Assembly: GCA_019057385.1 (NCBI GenBank) | Contig: JAHQJS010000006.1 | Location: 773,038 to 837,037, forward strand | Length of the DNA stretch: 64,000 bases | Direction of reading: 5' to 3' | DNA from: Candidatus Borrarchaeum weybense | Lineage (GTDB): Archaea; Asgardarchaeota; Sifarchaeia; Borrarchaeales; Borrarchaeaceae | In this document: piece after piece, positions 39,558 through 48,605 of the stretch | Layout: every line of letters starts with the position of its first letter | Numbering within the stretch: the first letter of the stretch is position 1 | Made by a program: the position numbers and the translations under genes | The notes under the pieces: model-generated | The model's input: the letters and a program-made list of their open reading frames with translations, nothing else | Told to the model about the DNA's origin: nothing | The model's database searches: none

Positions 39558-39752
39558 CTTCTTTTAATTAAGACTGCCTAAAACTGCCTACCTTTTAATT
39601 ATTTTGATTTTTGCGATTTATGAATCCTATTGAAAATCTTTTTAAGTGTGAGATTAGAGTAGAAAAGATATATCATTTTAACCTGCAATTTTATATGACG
39701 CATCTCCGCGACTATTGTAGGATGAAATCCAAGCATTTGGAGGATAGAATTT

Positions 39753-41009
39753 ATGAAATTTGCAGATTGGGCGTATAAAATTCCAGAATCTGAAATTCGT
39801 CGTCTCCTGAGGTTCAATGTAAAATATTATTACGCAGGAGGCAAGCCAGGTGTACTTCCTACTGAAATTATAGCTAAAATTCTTAAGAAAATTGGAGAAG
39901 ATCAGCTTAAAAATATTGAGGATGGTCGAGAACAGGAAGTTGCCGATATTTATAATTATGGAGTCACTGCTGGAACGGATTTTTTTAGAAAAACCCTTGC
40001 TGAAAGACTTCGTAGAGAAGGAATTGAAACTAATTGGGAACAGTTAATGATCACGACAGGATCTCAGCAAGCAATTTATTTAGTTCTTGATACATTAATT
40101 GATCCCGGGGATGTCATAATTACGACTCGTCCAGCATACTTAGGCTTCCTCGGGCCAGCTGGAAAACTTGGCGCGAATATTATTACTGTACCCACTGATT
40201 TGGATGGCATTGTCCCCGAATATGTTGAGAATGCTATCGAATTATCAGAGAAAGAATTCGGGAAAAAACCTAAAATGATTTATTTAGTTCCAGATGGTGA
40301 CAATCCAAAAGGCACTAATCTCCCAGCAAAAAGAAGACAGGCACTTTTTGACGTCGCAGAAGCACAAGATGTCTTGATTATCGAGGATAGCCCATATAGA
40401 AACATTCATTTCAAAGGAGAAAAAGTTTTTCCCATTAAGTCATTAGATAAAGAGAATCAAAGAGTTGTTTATCTAGGAAGCACAACTAAGGAAGCTATGG
40501 CCGCACGGGTTGGTTATGCACTCGCACCAGAAGAATTAAGAGAAAATATGATAAAAGGTAAGGGATTTTTAGATCTGTGCACACCGCTGATCATGCAAAG
40601 GATTTTGGACGAATATTACCGCAATTATATTGATGATATGCTCCCGAAGATTAACTCAACTTATGAAGCTCGAGCAAAAGCAATGATTGAAGCAATGGAT
40701 GCTACATTCCCTGCAGGAGAACGTACAGATCCAAAGGGCGGCTTTTTCATATGGTGGGAATCTGAGAATAAGAACTTTAATGCAAAAGAGTTCCTTGAAC
40801 GGGTAGCTATGCCTAATGAAGTACTATTCGTACCTGGAGAAGCCTTCTATCCACTTGGAGGTATGGCTTATTTGCCAGACAGCAACTCGCTACAACCAAC
40901 TGTTGCAGAAACGCATGAATTGAGATTAAGCTATTCTTTCAAAGATGAAGAGAATATTCGTGAAGGTATTCCACTCCTTGGAAAATTGCTAACTGAGGAA
41001 CTCGGGTAA
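39753..41009 (+). CDS. PLP-dependent class I/II aminotransferase (LysN/Aro8-like)
   Basis: TTGSQQA, NPKG, IIEDSPY, STTK, GGFFIW, PGEAF, LRLSYS. Confidence 0.9.
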   Translation: MKFADWAYKIPESEIRRLLRFNVKYYYAGGKPGVLPTEIIAKILKKIGEDQLKNIEDGREQEVADIYNYGVTAGTDFFRKTLAERLRREGIETNWEQLMITTGSQQAIYLVLDTLIDPGDVIITTRPAYLGFLGPAGKLGANIITVPTDLDGIVPEYVENAIELSEKEFGKKPKMIYLVPDGDNPKGTNLPAKRRQALFDVAEAQDVLIIEDSPYRNIHFKGEKVFPIKSLDKENQRVVYLGSTTKEAMAARVGYALAPEELRENMIKGKGFLDLCTPLIMQRILDEYYRNYIDDMLPKINSTYEARAKAMIEAMDATFPAGERTDPKGGFFIWWESENKNFNAKEFLERVAMPNEVLFVPGEAFYPLGGMAYLPDSNSLQPTVAETHELRLSYSFKDEENIREGIPLLGKLLTEELG

Positions 41010-41088
41010 ACATCCTCTCTTTTTAATTCTTTTTTCATACATTTTAGTTAGTTACATTAACGATCATCTCGCACTCAAGCAGAAGTGA

Positions 41089-41574
41089 CTACTCATTTTT
41101 AGAATAATCGCTCTTGTCTTGATTTACAGTGACATCCTTCACTAAAGCTTTACTTTGTCTAAGAATGTCTGCAGTATTTAGCTTGACCATTTTTTTGCGA
41201 GTACCTCCACCCGCCCAAATGAACTCATTTTCTAAGACTAAGGGATCGATCACAGTCTTTAAAGGATTTCTATGCCCAATTGGCGGGATGCCTCCTGTGG
41301 GATACCCTGTGATCTGTTCAGCTATTTTTGGACTTGATGTTTTTGCTTTTTTTAAATTAAGAGCGCGCTGAAGTTTCTTGCGAGAAACATGCTGATCTCC
41401 TCGAACAATTGCAAGAAGGGGCAATTTATTTTCAGCAATAAAAACTATCGATTTAACAATCTTTTCTAGCGGAACATTAAGCGATTTAGCAGCGGCTTCT
41501 GCAGTATGTGTCTCTTTTTTTTCGAAGAATTCGAATTCAACTCCTGAACGTATTAGATACGCTTTTAAATTCAT
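41089..41574 (-). CDS. YbaK/ProX aminoacyl-tRNA deacylase
   Basis: THTAEAAA, IVKSIV, TGY..GGIPPIG, WAGGG. Confidence 0.9.
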   Translation of the reverse strand: MNLKAYLIRSGVEFEFFEKKETHTAEAAAKSLNVPLEKIVKSIVFIAENKLPLLAIVRGDQHVSRKKLQRALNLKKAKTSSPKIAEQITGYPTGGIPPIGHRNPLKTVIDPLVLENEFIWAGGGTRKKMVKLNTADILRQSKALVKDVTVNQDKSDYSKNE

Positions 41575-41816
41575 TTTCGATCCCTAAAGCAATATTCATT
41601 AATTTAAATTTGTTTTCGATTAGTTTATACTTCAAAATCTCTTTATTTATAACTTTTAAAGAAATTGTGGGTTGCGAATTGTCATAACTACTAATCAAAA
41701 CTATGTTAAAAGGCACGATCACTATAGAAATCTTTATTTTCTTAACTAGAACTAATTGAGAACTAATTTTCTAGGTTATATTTAATTAACAATAGCCTTG
41801 AAATCATTATCCAAAG

Positions 41817-43574
41817 ATGAATTTCGAAGAAGGTCTCATATTGAAAACTGATGGCCATGAAACACTGATTAACTTTATTAGGCGCACGCTACTGAAAAAA
41901 GAGCATGTCATCCTCGCAACTATTTTGGCTGTAAATTTTGCATTGAGACTTTATGGCGTCATTGTTAATGTAGACCATTTTTTTCGTGAAGCTACTTTCG
42001 GCATGGCTGCATGGAGGATAGTTGACGGTGATCTTCCTTACCGTGATTTTTTTCACGCACAAGCTCCGCTTTCCCCTTATTTACTTGCTTTCGTTTTCCT
42101 TATGTTTGGAGTCGGCATTCTTCAAGCAAGGTTATTCTTGGTATTCTTTACAACCTTTACATGTTTTATGATCTTCATGGCAGGAAAAAGGATTGATTAC
42201 AAAACGGGATTGTTAGGAAGTTTGATTTTTGCAATAACCCCCCTTTCCGTTAAGTATGGCATGAATGCAGTGAATGATTTTATTGCAATGACTTTCTGTG
42301 CCATAGGATATTATTTTCTGACATCTGTCATTATGATTAACGAGAATAAAAAGAATTTGACAGCTGAAAGAAATAATTCAATTTTGGCCGGACTCTTTAT
42401 GAGTATAGGAGTTATGATCAAACTCATTGTTGCACCAATATTATTTGCCTTTATCGTTATTTTAATAATTGAAGGCATATTTTCTGAATTTGAAATTAAA
42501 AATCAGGTAAAAAAGATTTTTTTCCTTATAGTTGGATTCGTAATTCCTTTTCTAGTTGTATTTTCTTCTTTTTATCTTCTGTTCGGCGACAATTTCACTG
42601 CACAAGTTTTGGGACAACATTTGGCAAAAAAGCCAGTATCTTATGGAGAGCGTTGGAATAAACTGATGTCTCGCCTGATCATAGTAAATCCTTATTTTTT
42701 CGTATTATTTAGTTTAAGTGTTCTGTTTGCAGCACGGCAACCTTACGGACGCGGTTTAATCATTTGTTTTCTTTGCATGATATTAGCGGTATTTACTTTT
42801 GTTCCATCACAGAATACCAATTACTATCAAATTAACATCCTAATTATGTCCATGGTCTGCGGTTTTTTTCCCCTACCCGATTTCAAAGCATTAAATTTTA
42901 AATCACTGATCCCAAATTTTATAGTTATTTTGAATTTGTTGTTATATAAAATATATCGCTATTCGAACTCTAATGTAGCAGGATTTGCTTATTTTGAGCA
43001 TTATTTGGCAAAGGTAGCCCTTGCAGCAACTTTAATCACCTTAATCGCATTTATTGTAATTTTAACAAAAGAAAAGCAAATTACTGAATTGAAAATTAGC
43101 GATCGAGCAAAAAAACTTCTTTCTTCCCCTTACCAAGTTTTAAAAGGCTTAAAAAACGTTCTTAATAAGGACGTAACAAAGTTGGTCCTTGCATCAGCCT
43201 TAATTGTTATAATCGCGACAACTGGTGTTTCATATCCCAGTCTTTCTGAAAGTGATAAGAAAACTATCGAATGGATTAAAGCAAATACGTCTCCTGACGA
43301 TTATGTTCTTGCTGACGACTTAAAAATCAATTTTCGGGCAAAAAGAAGAAGCCCATTTGCTGAAATTTCAACACCGAGAACACGTTTTGGTGAACTTACT
43401 GGAGAAATGTTTATTGAAGCTTGCTATGAGTTTGATATTAGAGTCGTTGTGAAAACAAGAAGGCTGTTTGACTCCTTTGATACATACGATGTCTTCCTGG
43501 AATTTCTTGAAATTAACTATGTTCCAATTAAAGAAGGTCACATAATCTATGTGCGCACAACACCTCTAAAATGA
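41817..43574 (+). CDS. GT-C (ArnT/PMT-like) membrane glycosyltransferase, copy 1
   Basis: EA......G.LPYRDFF..Q.PL, many TMs, soluble C-terminal domain. Confidence 0.8.
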   Translation: MNFEEGLILKTDGHETLINFIRRTLLKKEHVILATILAVNFALRLYGVIVNVDHFFREATFGMAAWRIVDGDLPYRDFFHAQAPLSPYLLAFVFLMFGVGILQARLFLVFFTTFTCFMIFMAGKRIDYKTGLLGSLIFAITPLSVKYGMNAVNDFIAMTFCAIGYYFLTSVIMINENKKNLTAERNNSILAGLFMSIGVMIKLIVAPILFAFIVILIIEGIFSEFEIKNQVKKIFFLIVGFVIPFLVVFSSFYLLFGDNFTAQVLGQHLAKKPVSYGERWNKLMSRLIIVNPYFFVLFSLSVLFAARQPYGRGLIICFLCMILAVFTFVPSQNTNYYQINILIMSMVCGFFPLPDFKALNFKSLIPNFIVILNLLLYKIYRYSNSNVAGFAYFEHYLAKVALAATLITLIAFIVILTKEKQITELKISDRAKKLLSSPYQVLKGLKNVLNKDVTKLVLASALIVIIATTGVSYPSLSESDKKTIEWIKANTSPDDYVLADDLKINFRAKRRSPFAEISTPRTRFGELTGEMFIEACYEFDIRVVVKTRRLFDSFDTYDVFLEFLEINYVPIKEGHIIYVRTTPLK

Positions 43575-43589
43575 AAACTAAAACATAAA

Positions 43590-45332
43590 GTGGAAGCTCT
43601 GATGATGAAATTTGAGTTACTGAAAAAAGAGCATGCTGTGCTCGTAATTATTTTATTTTTAAATTTTGCATTGAGACTTTATGGTGTCATTGTTGATGTC
43701 GACTATTTTTTTCGTGAAGCTACTTTCGGCATGGCTGCATGGAGGATAGTTGACGGTGATCTTCCTTACCGTGATTTTTTTCACGCACAAGCTCCGCTTT
43801 CCCCTTATTTACTTGCTTTCGTTTTCCTTATGTTTGGAGTCGGCATTCTTCAAGCAAGGTTATTCTTGGTTTTTTTTACAACCGTTACATGTTTTATGAT
43901 CTTCATGGCAGGAAAAAGGATTAATTACAAAACGGGATTGTTGGGATGCCTAATTTTCGCAGTAGTTCATTTATCTGTTATGAATGGCATGGTGGCTGTT
44001 AATGATTTCATTGCCGTGACCTTCTGTATTGTTGGATACTATTTTTTAACACCCGTCATCATGGGGAACAGGTACAAAGGGGAATTTCTTGCTAATCGAA
44101 ACTGCGCATTTTTGGCTGGAGTTTTTTTAAGTATCGGAGTAACGATCAAAATCATAATTGCACCAATATTGCTCGCCTTCATTGTTGTTTTGGTCATAGA
44201 AGGACAATTTGCAGGAGTTAGAATCAATGAACAGGCTAAAGACCTTGCTTTTCTTCTTCTTGGGTTTATAATTCCTTTTTTAGTTGTGTTTTCGCCTTTC
44301 TATTTAATAGTTGGTAACAAAATTACACTGCAAGTATTGGGGCAACATTTAGAGAAGCCTTTTGTGTCATGGGGAACGCGTTGGAATAGTCTAACGAAAT
44401 ACATAATTAGGGAAAATCTCTATTTTTTCGTTTTCTTCTCACTAAGTGCTCTTTTCGGGGCACGAAAACCATATGGAAGAGGGCTACTCATTTGCACTCT
44501 ATTCATGTTATTCAGCGTATTCCTGTTTGTTCCACGACAACAAGCAAATTACTACTATTTAAGCGTTCCATTGATGGCCATGGTTTGCGGTTTCTTTCCC
44601 TTATCAGATTTTAAATCGTTTAATTTAAGATCAACGCTTTTGAGTGTTATTGTTTTCTTTGGTTTCATTATTCTAAACTTCACCATTTTTATCCGATTTT
44701 ATCGTCCTCGTTTTTATTTTCCAGTTCTATCATTGCCTTTTTATAGTTATTCAAGCTATTATTGGATACAGTTAACTTTTGTAGCGTTTTTTATTGCTTT
44801 ATGTGTCTTTATCGTTTTTTTAATCAAAGAAGGACAATTTGATGGACTTAAAATTACGGATTCGGTGAAAGATATATTTTCTTCCCGTCACCAGATCTTT
44901 AAGAGTCTAAGAGGTATTCTTAGTTATGATGGGGTAAAACTCGCTCTTGTAGTGTTCTTTGTTGTGCTAATCACAGTGTGTAATGTAACATATCCCCGTC
45001 TTTCTGCAAAAGATAGAAAAGCAATTGATTGGGTTAAAGTAAACACTTCTCCCGATGAGTATATCCTTGCTGATAATTTGAAAATAAATTTTAGGTCAGG
45101 AAGGAGGTCCGCATTTGCTGAGATTTCAAGAGAGCGAACGCATATTGGCGAACTTACTGGAGAAATGTTTATCCAAGCATGTTATGATTTTGATGTTAGA
45201 GTCGTTGTAAACACAGGATTTCTTTTTGGAAAAGACGATACCTATGATGTTTTCATAGAGTTTCTTGAAGATAACTATGCTCAAATCGAAGTAGGTCACA
45301 CAATCTACGTACGTGCCACTTCCTTGCAATGA
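43590..45332 (+). CDS. GT-C membrane glycosyltransferase, copy 2
   Basis: Tandem paralog with the same motifs. Confidence 0.8.
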   Translation: MEALMMKFELLKKEHAVLVIILFLNFALRLYGVIVDVDYFFREATFGMAAWRIVDGDLPYRDFFHAQAPLSPYLLAFVFLMFGVGILQARLFLVFFTTVTCFMIFMAGKRINYKTGLLGCLIFAVVHLSVMNGMVAVNDFIAVTFCIVGYYFLTPVIMGNRYKGEFLANRNCAFLAGVFLSIGVTIKIIIAPILLAFIVVLVIEGQFAGVRINEQAKDLAFLLLGFIIPFLVVFSPFYLIVGNKITLQVLGQHLEKPFVSWGTRWNSLTKYIIRENLYFFVFFSLSALFGARKPYGRGLLICTLFMLFSVFLFVPRQQANYYYLSVPLMAMVCGFFPLSDFKSFNLRSTLLSVIVFFGFIILNFTIFIRFYRPRFYFPVLSLPFYSYSSYYWIQLTFVAFFIALCVFIVFLIKEGQFDGLKITDSVKDIFSSRHQIFKSLRGILSYDGVKLALVVFFVVLITVCNVTYPRLSAKDRKAIDWVKVNTSPDEYILADNLKINFRSGRRSAFAEISRERTHIGELTGEMFIQACYDFDVRVVVNTGFLFGKDDTYDVFIEFLEDNYAQIEVGHTIYVRATSLQ

Positions 45333-45407
45333 AAATATCGGAAAAAAATTAATGTGTAATTATGAGTTACATGAAAGGGAGATTTCAAGTAATAATTCAT
45401 TCTAAAA

Positions 45408-45875
45408 CTAGTCTATGAATATCTCACTGAAATTATTTCCTCCGAAGAAAGACTTCAAAATCTGTTTCGTATCATCCCATCCTTTATCCAAAAATAATGC
45501 ACCGATCACTGCCTCAATAGTATCTGCAATGACTTTTTGTAATCCGTCTTTCCGAACTCCTCTCATTTGAATTATTTCATCGATTTTTTTTAACATCCCA
45601 ATTTTTGCAAGAAACTCGTCTTTAACGAGGTCCTTTCGCATTTCTGTAAGACTACCTTTATCTTTTTCACTAAATTTCGTATAAAGCAGTTCAGCAATTA
45701 GAAGATCGAGGACTGCATCTCCAAGAAAGGCCAGACGTTCGTTATTTTTGTGATTATTTTTTGGACTACTTGAATGTGTTAATGCTAAATCGAATAAATC
45801 TAAATCATTAAACCGAAGATTGTTTTTCTGAAGCCAAGCGTTGAGTAATTCTTCTCTTAATTTCTCTAAATTCAA
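45408..45875 (-). CDS. rnc: Ribonuclease III catalytic domain without dsRBD
   Basis: ALTHSS, NERLAFLGDAVL signature, ADTIEAVIGALFLD; ends at 155 aa. Confidence 0.88.
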   Translation of the reverse strand: MNLEKLREELLNAWLQKNNLRFNDLDLFDLALTHSSSPKNNHKNNERLAFLGDAVLDLLIAELLYTKFSEKDKGSLTEMRKDLVKDEFLAKIGMLKKIDEIIQMRGVRKDGLQKVIADTIEAVIGALFLDKGWDDTKQILKSFFGGNNFSEIFID

Positions 45876-46021
45876 ATTCTTTCCTCCTTGTAAGATTTCT
45901 GGTAAGTAATATTAATTAAAGTCTAAAGATTTTCAGAAAACTTCATCAACATCAAGTTTTGAGTTATAGAAGTCCTTATAACAAATGAAGACTTTTCAAT
46001 TATAAATAGAGACTGATTTAA

Positions 46022-46891
46022 ATGCCTGAGATAATTTCAAAATTTTTGTCAATCATCGAAACAAGCAGACCGATTATTTGGCTTTTTGCAGTTGGAACGG
46101 CATTTTGTGGAATGCTCATGGCATTGAAAAGCATTCCACCTGTCTTTGAGTTTCTGCTAATGTGCATAGCGATGATTTCTGCAACTTTTTCTGCTAATCT
46201 GGTTAATGCTGCAACTGATGTCGAAGTTGACAAAATTAATAAGCCTAATCGACCGCTTCCTGAAGGCCGAGTAACTGTTCATGAGGCTTTTATGATAGGA
46301 ATCTTTTGTCTAATATTAACTTTAATTATCTCTTTTCTATTTGGAATTGTACCTTTCCTAATTGCTATAGTCGGTCTAACTTTTGCTGTAATTTATTCTG
46401 TTCCACCAATTGCCCTGAAGGAGCGGGGAATTCTAGCTAATATTGCACTGGCATTCAGCTACAGTACACTCATTTTCCTTTGGGGCTGGGCAATAGTTGC
46501 GCCGCTTATCTTAGAATTAACTGTTATCATAATATTGATCTTTCTGCTTATTCAGATCACTGGCGCAAACATAATAAAAGATTTAGTAGACTTTGAAGGT
46601 GATCTTATAAGTAGACGAACGGTTCCAGGTCAATTGGGATTGAAAAAGACAATAATAGTTATTGCACCATTTATGGTAGGGCTTTATTTTCTTATTCCTG
46701 TATTATGGTTGTTCAAAGTTTTTTCATGGCATTATTTACCGATTTCCTTAATGTCGCTATGGGGTATCGCTATAATAGTTTTTTTGTATAAGAACCCATC
46801 AAAGGATCGGCGAATTAAAGCCTTTCTCCACGCTTTTTTCATGTCTTTGTTATCCGAGTTTTTATTTGCTGGTGTCTATGTCCTAAGCTAA
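46022..46891 (+). CDS. UbiA-family prenyltransferase (DGGGP synthase-like)
   Basis: N...D.EVDKINKPNRPLPEG, YS.PP..LK, IIKDLVDFEGD. Confidence 0.85.
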   Translation: MPEIISKFLSIIETSRPIIWLFAVGTAFCGMLMALKSIPPVFEFLLMCIAMISATFSANLVNAATDVEVDKINKPNRPLPEGRVTVHEAFMIGIFCLILTLIISFLFGIVPFLIAIVGLTFAVIYSVPPIALKERGILANIALAFSYSTLIFLWGWAIVAPLILELTVIIILIFLLIQITGANIIKDLVDFEGDLISRRTVPGQLGLKKTIIVIAPFMVGLYFLIPVLWLFKVFSWHYLPISLMSLWGIAIIVFLYKNPSKDRRIKAFLHAFFMSLLSEFLFAGVYVLS

Positions 46892-47035
46892 GGTTTTTCT
46901 TAAAATAAAGTCTAAGAAAGTCTGAACTCAAAGCTAGTTTAGAAAAATGTTAACTAACTTCCGATGCAAATTGAAGGTCCGCAATACTTGTATCTTTTGA
47001 TCTACTAACTTTAATTGAATGGCTAGGTCCTTCAT

Positions 47036-48326
47036 AGAATCACCCCAAGGAGACTCCCCTGTTTACCGAGGAGAGGAATTGCGTTCTAAAGGATATCTTT
47101 GTGAGGATGTGACAATCTTCTTTTTTACCGCTTTGTGTAAGTCTTTTTCCAGTTCTTACACAATGTAAACTTAACCGATTGTTCAGATTTCCGCCCACAT
47201 AACATAAACCATGCTTTTTGTGGCATATTAAGGTGCCGCGTTTTAGCCCTAATGAGATTGCCCCGCCGTACCTCTTTCGTATGCCGCCTTGTGAAAACTG
47301 CAGCCGGTGTAACTGTCATCGGTGAAATCGTATCGGTTCTACATAATAGAGGCCGGTTGTAGAAGGATTTTTCGCCCCTGTTATGGCGGCGGCCATTACC
47401 CAAGCATCTACACAATGCGTTTCAAACGCCACCTTTGATTTGTTTGGTGATTTCTTCAGTCCAAAGGCCTCCCGTAATTGTTTGGTTTCGTGGCCTTGCA
47501 TGGTGATGAGGATGAGCCCTAGTTTTTCTAGTTCTGCATAAAAATAGTGTTTACCAACTTCCAGCGGACTGAAATTGCGATTCCAGCCTCGCTGATTTTT
47601 CCGTGTTGTTGCCTTGACATCCTCGCTCACTGCGTATTGTAAGGGCAGGATTTTACACAACTGACGGACAAGTCGCAACTTTGCGTCCCATCTCGCCTTT
47701 GTTGAGGGTGGTAAAAACGTTTTATTATTCCGCCTGTTCTTCTTAGATTTTCTTCGGCGGTTTTTTCTATATCTTCGTACTCTACGCATAATTTTACGCT
47801 GTGCTACTGCCTTTTTTACCCAGTCCACCGCTTTTGACATCAGGTTAAGCACCGTGTCCTCTATTCCGACGACTGAAAACCCCTCGAATTTCGTGCCGGG
47901 ATCTATACCTATTGCTAGTGGCTGTGTGACGGGATGGTTGGGATCGAACTCTAATTGGAGGTAAAATATGCCCAATTTATTACGTTTCTTAATGGCTTTT
48001 CTTTGTTCGAGAAGTTTCCTCGCCTTTGTCGGTCTGCACGGCATTAGTGGTATTCCGCTTTTGCTAACGACAGGAATTCTACCGATTGCGGTCTCCCTGC
48101 CCGAGTCGAGTATCCCTTCGCCAATGCCAAGTAGGCTTAGCCTCTTGAGATGAGAGACATGACATTCAGTGGTTCTGTCGAAGAGGAGGGGACTAGGGAG
48201 GCATCCCCGACATTCTTGTAGCCCACAAGGCGTAGTTCTTGAAGTATTTCTTCTGAACTTAGGCTAGTCAAGACTTGTATTGCTACCACCATCACAAGCC
48301 CCGTCCTTCAGGGCGGGGTTCTTGAC
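47036..48326 (-). mobile_element. IS200/IS605 IsrB element with omegaRNA (48326-~48090)
   Basis: 5' GTCAAGAACCCCGCCCTGAAGGACGGGGCTT; 3' end followed by ATGAA; boundaries confirmed by the restored reading frame. Confidence 0.88.
47040..48086 (-). pseudogene. isrB: isrB (HNH-less IscB homolog) with in-frame TGA and ATC at the start position
   Basis: IPVV...PLMP, IGIDPG, SEDV, THCVDAW, no HNH; HR*QLH (probable CGA>TGA) continues in frame to 47040. Confidence 0.85.
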
Positions 48327-48605
48327 CTGTTTGTGTATGTGTGATAAGAAAGATCTGATTGAACTAACATAGAGCAAAATATCATTAAGAATTCCACAGT
48401 CCTGTTGTCTTAAAAATTTTTGTTGATAAAGCATTCTTTTAAAAGGAATATACTTCCTTTGACCCTACATAGTCTATTTTCGCTTAAGGTCAAAGGCAAA
48501 AACTTAGTGAAATACAAATGAATATGCGCCTACAATTGTGCTTAGATTAAAATCAGAAAGTGTTTTATCCCTTTACATTTCAATTCTCTATGTGCTAAGA
48601 TCTTC

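Larger units (their letters stand above)
46950..48363 (-). pseudogene. Relic rad50 3' end split by the IsrB element (48363-48327 + 47035-46950)
   Basis: Joined flanks read in frame FNQIFLITHTQT-DEGPSHSIKVSRSKDTSIADLQFASEVS*, versus Rad50 FDQIFLITHTQT-IKDTGHTITVTRGTDRSIVDLQLTN*. Confidence 0.8.

Noticed and set aside
47125-47415. Separate 96-aa ORF
   Set aside because: Alternative frame over the isrB 3' region, which continues in the original frame after the nonsense codon.
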